From Gammaproteobacteria bacterium (GTDB lineage: Bacteria; Pseudomonadota; Gammaproteobacteria; JAADGQ01): DNA of 64,000 bases. The notes beneath the pieces were generated by a model. That model did no database searches, was not told the DNA's origin, and saw only the letters and a list, made by a program, of their open reading frames with translations. Location: positions 3,241-67,240 of the forward strand of contig WFXF01000077.1 in assembly GCA_015490755.1 (NCBI GenBank). Reading direction: 5' to 3'. Below, one piece after another: positions 41,342 through 49,554 of the stretch (within the stretch, counting starts at the first letter, position 1; each line of letters opens with the position of its first letter). Position numbers and translations under genes: made by a program.

Positions 41342-42296
41342 AGGAGGAGGGAGAATGAAGTGGTATTAGGAATGAAACAGTAGCACCTTTTATTTCATTG
41401 TTTTTGGCGTATATTTTTCCATGATGAAGGGAAATTATTTCCTTGCAAATGGCGAGGCCAAGGCCTGTGCCGCCTGTTCCTGTTTTCGTTTTACTGCTTT
41501 GCACAAATTGATCAAAAATTGTTTCGGTTTCATCTTCTGGAATGCCTATGCCTTCATCTGAAACAGCAATTTTTATCGCGGGTATAGTTTTGCTATCAAT
41601 ACTCAATGAGGATGAGCTAAATTTAATATTAATTGTTGATCCGTTAGGTGAAAATTTAAATGCGTTGGAGATAAAATTGTGTAACACTTGAGTAATTTTT
41701 TCTGCATCACATTGTACTTCTGTTGAAATATTATTTTCATTGTTAACTTTTATTTCTATTTGTCGTTCAGCGAGCAATGTACTGTATTCTTCAATAATGT
41801 TAAGTGTGGCCTGATTCAGGTTATTTGTACTTAAATGTAATTGATCCTGGTTTGCTTCAAGTTTTGATAGGTCGAGTAAATTATTCAATAGTGATAGCAG
41901 CCTTTTGCCACTGCTGTTTATTTTTGAAAAGTAGTTGCCAAGTTTTTCTGGATCAGCATGTTTGTATTTGTTAATACCAAACTGTGAAAAACTGAGTATG
42001 CCATGCATAGGAGTTCGCAATTCATGTGAAATATTGGCTAGAAATTCACTCTTACTGCGGTTGGCTTTTTCGGCAGCATCTTTTGCTTCCTGTAAGCTTT
42101 TCGTTTGTCGTTTTACTTCGTTCTGGAGCAAGGTGTTTTTTGCAAATAGTGATGATGAACCATCAGTAACAAGGAAGCTTTGTTTTATACGCTCTTTGAG
42201 GGCTTTGTTAATTTTTACTTGTTTTTCAAGCTCTTTTTTGAGGCTTTCAAGTGTGTTGCTGTTCTGTTCATGTATTGTATCCTGGGATAAATTCAT
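41340..42296 (-). CDS. Cytoplasmic sensor histidine kinase
   Basis: FLANISHELRTP H-box, NFISNAFKF, DEGIGI, GGTGLGL; no TM segment. Confidence 0.93.
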   Translation of the reverse strand: MNLSQDTIHEQNSNTLESLKKELEKQVKINKALKERIKQSFLVTDGSSSLFAKNTLLQNEVKRQTKSLQEAKDAAEKANRSKSEFLANISHELRTPMHGILSFSQFGINKYKHADPEKLGNYFSKINSSGKRLLSLLNNLLDLSKLEANQDQLHLSTNNLNQATLNIIEEYSTLLAERQIEIKVNNENNISTEVQCDAEKITQVLHNFISNAFKFSPNGSTINIKFSSSSLSIDSKTIPAIKIAVSDEGIGIPEDETETIFDQFVQSSKTKTGTGGTGLGLAICKEIISLHHGKIYAKNNEIKGATVSFLIPLHSPSS

Positions 42297-42331
42297 AATG
42301 GTGCTACCTGTTTACTTGAGGCTACTCAGTT

Positions 42332-43450
42332 TCAAAAATTTCTAGTTCCGAAAACAATACCTGTGAGTGTCTGATTAATATGAATGGAATTGTATTGTTC
42401 GCCATAAGTATTAAAGCCAGCAAAGTTGAGTTGATTAAATATATTTTCTATTTCTTTTTTTACACCGCTCTCTAAAATTTCCAGCTTTCGAAATAGACAA
42501 TCACAGCCAAGAGTGAGATTTATCGTTGAAAACTCTTGCTTGAAATAGGATACCTTTTCTTTTAGAGATATGCTGATATCTTTAGCATGACCCAAGGTGA
42601 TAGGCAGGCCATTGTCGATGGCACAAGCAGTTAATAAACTACCATCATCATTAAGCTTTAATATGGAGCGAAGATACCATTCACCACCTATTTTTAGCAT
42701 GGTAGGGTGCATCGAAAATAATTGTGGCGATAGCTCTTCAATTGATACATTAAGCAATGAGGCGTAATACTCAGCAGCGGGGTCGCCATCAATTTCATAA
42801 ATAATACGATTTTCAGGGTCTGCCTCAGTAACAATAAATTCAATGTCTGAGGGTTCAAAATGTTGTAACTTGAATATTTCAATATCTAATATTGTCTCTA
42901 TGACTGTAAAAACAGCGGCATTACTATGAAAAGCTCCATTTGTGTAGACAAATGTTTTTTCAAATTTTAGACCATTACCTGCTGATCCACCAAAAATTTG
43001 TAGTGGGGAAAATGCATGATAGATTGTATTTATAACCGACTCTTCTTTACCAGACATACCATCAATCAATAAAAAGCCTACTCTGTTTTTAAAGCTGGGA
43101 TGATGGCTGTTCTTACTGGCAAGATTCTCAATCTCTGCCTGATCCAATTGGTCAATATTTTCAATAAGCATTGGTGTCAATTTGAATGCTTTGGAAGAAA
43201 AGCTGATGCCAACAATACTATCGTCGGTATAACTTGTTCCAATTTCACCGGCTGTTGTACAGCCAATAATTGGGCAATCAAAATGCTTTTCAAGCGCTTT
43301 ACCGAGTAGACTCAGGTTATAATTTGAAGAACAAAAAAATATAACTCCCGCCATGTTTTTTTGATAAATTTCATCTTTTAATGTGGCAACAGCAGCGGGT
43401 GCTGACAAATTAGATACTTGTGCTGTTTTAATATGCTTCCGAGTTTCCAT
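42332..43450 (-). CDS. FIST-domain sensor (NosP-like)
   Basis: FFCSS.Y, GCTTAGEI, LIDG, FGGSAG, QHF, GCDCLFR, GFNTYGEQ...HINQT. Confidence 0.88.
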   Translation of the reverse strand: METRKHIKTAQVSNLSAPAAVATLKDEIYQKNMAGVIFFCSSNYNLSLLGKALEKHFDCPIIGCTTAGEIGTSYTDDSIVGISFSSKAFKLTPMLIENIDQLDQAEIENLASKNSHHPSFKNRVGFLLIDGMSGKEESVINTIYHAFSPLQIFGGSAGNGLKFEKTFVYTNGAFHSNAAVFTVIETILDIEIFKLQHFEPSDIEFIVTEADPENRIIYEIDGDPAAEYYASLLNVSIEELSPQLFSMHPTMLKIGGEWYLRSILKLNDDGSLLTACAIDNGLPITLGHAKDISISLKEKVSYFKQEFSTINLTLGCDCLFRKLEILESGVKKEIENIFNQLNFAGFNTYGEQYNSIHINQTLTGIVFGTRNF

Positions 43451-43536
43451 AGAATAAGTTCCTTTTTTCTATAGGTCGGTTAAAAGATCTTTTTTCTTAA
43501 ATATTGTCGCAAAAATTTGGCTTCATGTGATTTATG

Positions 43537-43626
43537 GTGGGTAGTGAATGAGTTGTGACTTGCTGGATTGGTGTCATGTCTCTCGTCAATTACTTTGTCG
43601 GGTTACGCTGCGCTAACCCGACCTAC
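43537..43626 (-). repeat. GTAG REP plus flank; inverted copy of 59414-59503
   Basis: About 90 bp near-identical reverse complement of 59414-59503, including GTAGGTCGGGTTAGCGCAGCGTAACCCGACA. Confidence 0.9.
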
Positions 43627-43671
43627 GTTACTTAAATGTTGTTAAAAAATTTATTGTGTTATTGGTTGTAG

Positions 43672-45186
43672 TTATGGTAGGGAAAATCCTGTTGCCGATA
43701 TTTCATCAAACAGCCCATCGCCATTATTATCATTAACAGCCAACAGGTCAGATTTAATCTCTTTTCCTGGATCAGTGTTGGGGGAGTCAGTCATATTCGA
43801 ATCATAGCTAAAACTGCCTAGACCATCATAGTTACAGCTATTAGTCGGAGCATAGGTAATATGTGAATCACTGGCAGTCACCGAGCCAGTTTCAGCGCTG
43901 ATTTCAAGTGTCTGGTGTTGAACATAATTGCTGAGTGTGTGGTCATTGCCCGGTCCTGCCCAGTTACAGATAAATCCGGTAATGCTTCCATCGCTACTTG
44001 CAATATCATCACCATATCCGTAAAAGGCATCACCTGTATTGCTTGAAAAATCGCTGATGATGTTAAAAACACGGCTATTGCTATCATTGGGGCCGGCTTG
44101 CCAAGCGTAAGCGTAGTTTCCACTCAGCGTTAATTGGTTGAAGTTCGCACTGAAAATAGCAAAGTTATTGCCCCAGCCATTGTTAAAACCATTAAATTTT
44201 TCTGATGAATCAACTTGGTTTTCACTATCTAAGCCATTGATATTATGTCCACAAAATTGAGCTTCACGGACTTCAGTCTGTATTTGATTATTTGAGTCAC
44301 GTTTATAATGCAGAGAGTTGTTACGGGTGATATTTGAGTCTGGGCAGTTTCCACCACTGAATGTATCGTTAACTTGTGTGGTGACAAAGCCTGAATAACC
44401 ATCTGTGCTGCTTTCAGTGCTGTGCTCCATATTAACTATAATAGAGTGATGAGTGCCTGATGGCGCGTAATCAAAATCCATGGAATAGCTATAAATATCA
44501 TTTCCTGAAAGGTCAGTTGAATGGGTGAGAGTGACATTGTTAAAAGTGGTATCTGTGATACCGAGAGCATTCATTTCATCTGTAATCGGTAAAGTGGATG
44601 AGCTGGGAAGTGCAAGACTGTTGCTGTTGATTACACATATCATGGATGAAAGCCCCATCAATGATGCCAATGAGCGGTCACGCATGCCTTCCATTTGCGC
44701 TGTAAGCTGTGCTGCGGAGCAAGCTTGTCCATTGCTTTGATCTGTCTCCTGCCAAATTCCCAAATCTCCTGAGGGTAACTGACCATCTGCATCAGTGATA
44801 AAAGAAGCGTCAGGGTGACCTACATAGCTGACAGCAGGCCCATAACAAGAAGCATTACGCGACTGTTTTAAAAATAGCTCAGGATCAAATCGGCATATAG
44901 AAGGTGTGCTGCCTTTAAGCAATCTTTCAATACGAACGGTTGACCATGCATATTTTGAAATGGTTTTATTTGAGTATTCACGCAATGATCTGTTCTTCGT
45001 TTCAGTTTTAAATTCAAATGGCGAAGTGACTGCCAGGTTTTCGGGGAAATATTTTTCTATACTCAAGCTGCTTCGGTTTTCTTGAGCAGGGACTTTTTCT
45101 GTTGTTTCTATGGGAGTACAGGCTGCAATAATAAAGCTGCTGAACACTATTAGGGTAATTGACAATTTTTTGCTGAAATATATCAT
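43672..45186 (-). CDS. Hypothetical Cys-containing secreted lipoprotein
   Basis: Lipobox IAAC; 504-aa Ser/Asn/Asp-rich ORF; no family recognised. Confidence 0.75.
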   Translation of the reverse strand: MIYFSKKLSITLIVFSSFIIAACTPIETTEKVPAQENRSSLSIEKYFPENLAVTSPFEFKTETKNRSLREYSNKTISKYAWSTVRIERLLKGSTPSICRFDPELFLKQSRNASCYGPAVSYVGHPDASFITDADGQLPSGDLGIWQETDQSNGQACSAAQLTAQMEGMRDRSLASLMGLSSMICVINSNSLALPSSSTLPITDEMNALGITDTTFNNVTLTHSTDLSGNDIYSYSMDFDYAPSGTHHSIIVNMEHSTESSTDGYSGFVTTQVNDTFSGGNCPDSNITRNNSLHYKRDSNNQIQTEVREAQFCGHNINGLDSENQVDSSEKFNGFNNGWGNNFAIFSANFNQLTLSGNYAYAWQAGPNDSNSRVFNIISDFSSNTGDAFYGYGDDIASSDGSITGFICNWAGPGNDHTLSNYVQHQTLEISAETGSVTASDSHITYAPTNSCNYDGLGSFSYDSNMTDSPNTDPGKEIKSDLLAVNDNNGDGLFDEISATGFSLP

Positions 45187-45427
45187 CCCTCATTCTCCAT
45201 CCGTATTATGAAAGCTACCTGGTTTTAATATCGACTTGTAGAATTGGGTTGTTTAAATGCTTGGTAAGGTGGTATTTTTAAAAAAGTTTTTGTGTAAAAC
45301 AGCTATTTGTAGTGTTAAAAACATAAAGCTGCTGGCCGAAACAGTGAGCTGCATCACTATTTTTTTGTGAATTTGAAATAATAAAAATGGCATCTTGTGA
45401 TGGGTGTCGCAGAACAGGGTTCCAATA

Positions 45428-47752
45428 ATGAAAAAAATATTTAAAATTGTCGGCATTGTTGTTGTATTTTTGATTGCCTTAGTGATCGCTATTCCCTTTT
45501 TTATTGACCTTAATGATTATAAACCTCAAATAAGCGATGCGGTGCACGAAGCAACAGGAAGAGAGCTTGATATTAAAGGCGACATAGATCTTTCACTGTT
45601 TCCATGGATTGGTTTGGAGCTCGGTGTTGTACAGCTCAGTAATGCCAAAGGGTTTGCTGATGTTCCTTTTGCTCAAATGGAGCGTATGGATATCAAACTG
45701 AAGTTACTGCCGTTACTTAAAAAATCGGTCGAGATGAAAGCGATCGTCCTGCATGATCTGGGATTGAATCTGGAAGTGAATAAACTGGGTGTGAGCAATT
45801 GGGATGATTTAACCCAAAGCTCTACAGCCGTATCAGAAGAGCCTGAAGTCAAAGAGAGCGCTGAAGGGAGTGAAGCATTACCGCTGGAGTCGCTGGTCGT
45901 TGAAGGTATTGAGCTTGTTGATGCACGTATTGCCTATACCGATCATCAAACGGGTGCAAAATACACTTTGAATAATTTAACTCTTGAAACAGGCGAGGTG
46001 GTACTAAATGAGCCACTGGATTTGAAATTTAATACTGATTTTGAGAGCAATCAACCTGAAGTTCGTGGCCATCTGTCACTGGCATCACATATTATCTACA
46101 ACCTGGATAACCAGCAGCACCGTTTGGAAAAAACAGCTGTGAAGTTGGTTTTTGATAGTAAAGAGTTCTCTTCTAAAGGGGAGGTTAAGCTCGATTTTGA
46201 TGCACTGCTTGATCTTGCTGCTCAGCAATATAGTTTGAATGGGGTGATATTACGGATAGAGATTGATCACCCTGATATGCCTAAAGGTAAAGCTATTGTT
46301 AATTTATCGACTGAAATGGCTGCAAATCTGGAATCACAAGTGGCGACTTTGAGTGATATAAAACTGGAAAGTTATGGTCTTAATCTCAAAGGTGATGTAA
46401 AAGCACAAAAAATTATTGACGCCCCTGAATTTCAAGCAGAATTTAATCTTGCTGAGTTCAATCCACGAGAAATGATGCAAAAACTGGCCATTGAAACTCC
46501 TGAAATGGCCGATGCGACCGTGCTGACAAAAGCAGACTTAAACCTGAAGCTTAAAGGTTCAACTGAATTCATTGAGGTGACACAGTTGAAAGTTAATTTT
46601 GATGATACGACTCTTACAGGAAAAGCAACAATACACAATTTTGAAAAGCCGGCAATTACTTATGACCTTAATATTACAGGTATTGATGCAGATCGTTATT
46701 TGCCTCCGCCGAGTGATGTCGTGGAAGAAAGTCCTCCTGTCGCAGCAGAAACAGATGAGCCTGAGTTACCACTGGATACGTTGCGTGACCTAAATATTGA
46801 TGGCAAATTTTCAATGGGTAATCTAAAAGTATCTAATTTGAACGTGAATGACATTCGTGCAGACCTAAAAGCGAAAAATGGTGTGATCCGTCTGTATCCG
46901 TTAGGGATGAAGCTTTATAGCGGTGAGTATAAAGGTGATATTAAACTGAATGTAACAAAAAATGTTCCCGTGATTTCGTTAAATGAAAAAATAAGTGGTG
47001 TTCAGGCAGGCAAATTACTTAAGGATCTAATGGATGATGATCTGATTAGTGGTACAGCCAATATACAAGCTAAAGTGACAGCGCAGGGTTTAACACCTGA
47101 AAAAATCACAAAAACACTGAATGGCAATGCAAACTTTCTATTTTCTGATGGTGCGGTCAAAGGCTTGAATCTTGCCCATATGCTACGCAAAGCGAAGGCA
47201 AAGCTTAAAGGGAAATCACTGCCGGACAGTGATGTCAAAAAGACTGATTTTGCTAAATTAAGCGGTTCATTCTTGATTAAAAATGGAGTTGTGAGTAACA
47301 GTGATCTCAAAGCAGCATTACCCTTTGCTCGTGTCACGGGTGAAGGAACGGTTGATTTGCCTAAAGAGAGTCTGAATTATCTTGTGATGGCTAAAGTCGT
47401 AAATACCAGTAAGGGGCAAGGAGGGGCTGAGCTGTCTGACCTAAAAGGCCTGACTGTTCCTGTTAGAATTAAAGGCAGTTTTTCTGATCCATCCATTAAA
47501 CTGGATATGGATAAGTTGATTGGTGATAAAGCCAAGGCTCAATTAAAAGAAAAAAAAGCAGAGCTAAAAGCCAAAGCAGATAAAGCAAAAGAGAAGCTAA
47601 AAGCGGAAGCAGATGCCAAAAAATCAGAATTAAAGGCTAAGGCGGATGCTAAAAAAGCAGAAGCTGAGCAAAAGTTAAAAGAGCAGCAAGAGGCTTTGAA
47701 AGAGAAGGCGGCTGATGAGGTCAAAGATAAATTAAAGAGCCTTTTAAATTAG
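45428..47752 (+). CDS. asmA: AsmA family protein
   Basis: N-terminal TM, NDYKPQI...TGREL.I.GDI.LS.FPW, SNWDDL, C-terminal P..I.G....P; Lys/Ala-rich tail. Confidence 0.88.
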   Translation: MKKIFKIVGIVVVFLIALVIAIPFFIDLNDYKPQISDAVHEATGRELDIKGDIDLSLFPWIGLELGVVQLSNAKGFADVPFAQMERMDIKLKLLPLLKKSVEMKAIVLHDLGLNLEVNKLGVSNWDDLTQSSTAVSEEPEVKESAEGSEALPLESLVVEGIELVDARIAYTDHQTGAKYTLNNLTLETGEVVLNEPLDLKFNTDFESNQPEVRGHLSLASHIIYNLDNQQHRLEKTAVKLVFDSKEFSSKGEVKLDFDALLDLAAQQYSLNGVILRIEIDHPDMPKGKAIVNLSTEMAANLESQVATLSDIKLESYGLNLKGDVKAQKIIDAPEFQAEFNLAEFNPREMMQKLAIETPEMADATVLTKADLNLKLKGSTEFIEVTQLKVNFDDTTLTGKATIHNFEKPAITYDLNITGIDADRYLPPPSDVVEESPPVAAETDEPELPLDTLRDLNIDGKFSMGNLKVSNLNVNDIRADLKAKNGVIRLYPLGMKLYSGEYKGDIKLNVTKNVPVISLNEKISGVQAGKLLKDLMDDDLISGTANIQAKVTAQGLTPEKITKTLNGNANFLFSDGAVKGLNLAHMLRKAKAKLKGKSLPDSDVKKTDFAKLSGSFLIKNGVVSNSDLKAALPFARVTGEGTVDLPKESLNYLVMAKVVNTSKGQGGAELSDLKGLTVPVRIKGSFSDPSIKLDMDKLIGDKAKAQLKEKKAELKAKADKAKEKLKAEADAKKSELKAKADAKKAEAEQKLKEQQEALKEKAADEVKDKLKSLLN

Positions 47753-47788
47753 GAACATTCACGAATCAGGAGAGATATATATAGTGGT

Positions 47789-47822
47789 TTCAGGCCAAAT
47801 GATTTCAACCATTTGGCCTGAA
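47789..47822. terminator. Hairpin terminator between convergent genes
   Basis: TTCAGGCCAAATG...CATTTGGCCTGAA. Confidence 0.7.
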
Positions 47823-47841
47823 CAAGAAAGTTAGCCAGGTT

Positions 47842-49431
47842 TTAACGTCCAGACCAACCCCAGGAAGCAAACCAGCTCCATAGAGACCACCAATCGGGAC
47901 GGCCTGTTTCACAATCAACCGATACTGCGGCATCACCAAAAACACTATTAACCTGGAGATTCCCAATATTGCCTGAGCCACAATCTGCAATAATGTTTGT
48001 ATCTGTCCAGGATTGAATGTCACACTGCTCTGAACTACTCATGTTAATAATTTCTGTTCCGGACCGGGCTGCATTGAGGTAACTTCCAAAGCCAGTACCG
48101 GCAATGGTAATGATGTTGTTTTCACAATCTGTTGAATTAACGTTTACAGAGGGCGTTACCACTAAATTAATCGGTATACTGGCCATGTTTCCGTTGACTG
48201 CGCTGACACTGTAATTTCCCGAAGGCTGAGTTGAGGGGATTTGCACGTCCATGGATGAGAACGTGACATTTTCTGGTACGATCTCTATCGGAGGTTTATT
48301 GCTATCAGTCGGAGTTAAAACAACTTTGGTCGTAATTTTGTTGTCTGGTGTCTCTACTAAATATCCAGCTCCTTTCAATTTCAAAGTCGAAGCTGTGCCT
48401 TCAATGATTCTTGCTGTATTTCTCTCTTCAATTCTGGGAAGTAATGGTCCAAATAACGGAGTTTCTTCCGCAGCAAGAGCTCTTGCTGTAGAGACTGCTG
48501 CAGCGGTTCCTCCCATATGGCATCCCATGCAATCGGTAGAAGTTCCAATATGTCCAAAAAATGGCTGTTCCTCATAATCCCCAGCTGTACCATTGCCATC
48601 TGAATCAGCCTGAACGCTATGTAGCGAGGTTGGCGCATGGCATCGAACACACCCTTGCAAGGTATGGTTCGGTGGTGTGGCATCATGACACAGACTACAG
48701 GTATGTACAGTATCGCTATCTGGCTGAGCGATTCCGGTTCCATGATGAGTCAACATGTTGGCATTGGGTCCTGGCACAACGCGGCCTGTGACATCATCAG
48801 TACCACCATTATGACAATAGCGACAACCACCCATTCTATATCCAGTGTCACCAATATCTCCATCACCAAAACCAGGGTTAGGGCTCATAGAAGATATAAC
48901 TCTCAATACCCATAGTTCACCATTGGGATCATTGATCAAACTACCATGACAAGCATTACAATCTGCAGCTTGTGCTTTTTTGGTGAGATGATGAACGGAT
49001 GTAATTCCCGGTACCTGTTTATGGCAGCTTAGACAGTCTCGAAATTCTGGTTCGGTTGGTTCAAGTGCAAACTTGAAATATCCACCCAGGGGCCGAGATG
49101 GATCTTCAACCCAGTCGAGCAAATGGCAGGTAATACATTTATGTGTTCCATCTGAGGATTTTTCCGGAAAAGGGGAGGCTGAATATTCTTCAATCGGTGT
49201 ATCTATTCGCAGGTGATGCCTATCTGGTAAATAACCTTGCTTAACAGGAGCGGGCGCTGTGTCAGGATTGAAATGACAGATGCCGCAATCATTAAATGTC
49301 ATATTGTTTGATATGGCATCAGGCATACCGAGATTTTGATTGACTGGTGGGGGAGGGGTACTGGCCCAGGTTGAAACAGAAATCGCTGATACCAACAGCA
49401 ACACCAATGTGGTAAATGATTTACGAACCAT
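47842..49431 (-). CDS. Secreted octaheme cytochrome c, OmcZ-like, with C-terminal IPT/Ig-like domains
   Basis: Sec signal (start MVRKS at 49431 with GGAG RBS); 8 CxxCH motifs; PPPPVNQ.LG N-terminus, three HH pairs, THHGTGI, SLH.VQ.DS, GHIG...DC.GCH. Confidence 0.88.
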   Translation of the reverse strand: MVRKSFTTLVLLLVSAISVSTWASTPPPPVNQNLGMPDAISNNMTFNDCGICHFNPDTAPAPVKQGYLPDRHHLRIDTPIEEYSASPFPEKSSDGTHKCITCHLLDWVEDPSRPLGGYFKFALEPTEPEFRDCLSCHKQVPGITSVHHLTKKAQAADCNACHGSLINDPNGELWVLRVISSMSPNPGFGDGDIGDTGYRMGGCRYCHNGGTDDVTGRVVPGPNANMLTHHGTGIAQPDSDTVHTCSLCHDATPPNHTLQGCVRCHAPTSLHSVQADSDGNGTAGDYEEQPFFGHIGTSTDCMGCHMGGTAAAVSTARALAAEETPLFGPLLPRIEERNTARIIEGTASTLKLKGAGYLVETPDNKITTKVVLTPTDSNKPPIEIVPENVTFSSMDVQIPSTQPSGNYSVSAVNGNMASIPINLVVTPSVNVNSTDCENNIITIAGTGFGSYLNAARSGTEIINMSSSEQCDIQSWTDTNIIADCGSGNIGNLQVNSVFGDAAVSVDCETGRPDWWSLWSWFASWGWSGR

Positions 49432-49554
49432 ACAGCTCACTCCGCCAGAAAACGACAAAAAATACAAGGGAATTTATAGTTACTCTCTTGGAGTATCGGC
49501 CAGTCGGGCTTAAAAAGTAAACTTTACGCAGATTATTATGACAGTTGCGATTCA

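Noticed and set aside
47530-47752. Lys/Ala/Glu repeat tail of AsmA
   Set aside because: Low-complexity helical tails are common in this family
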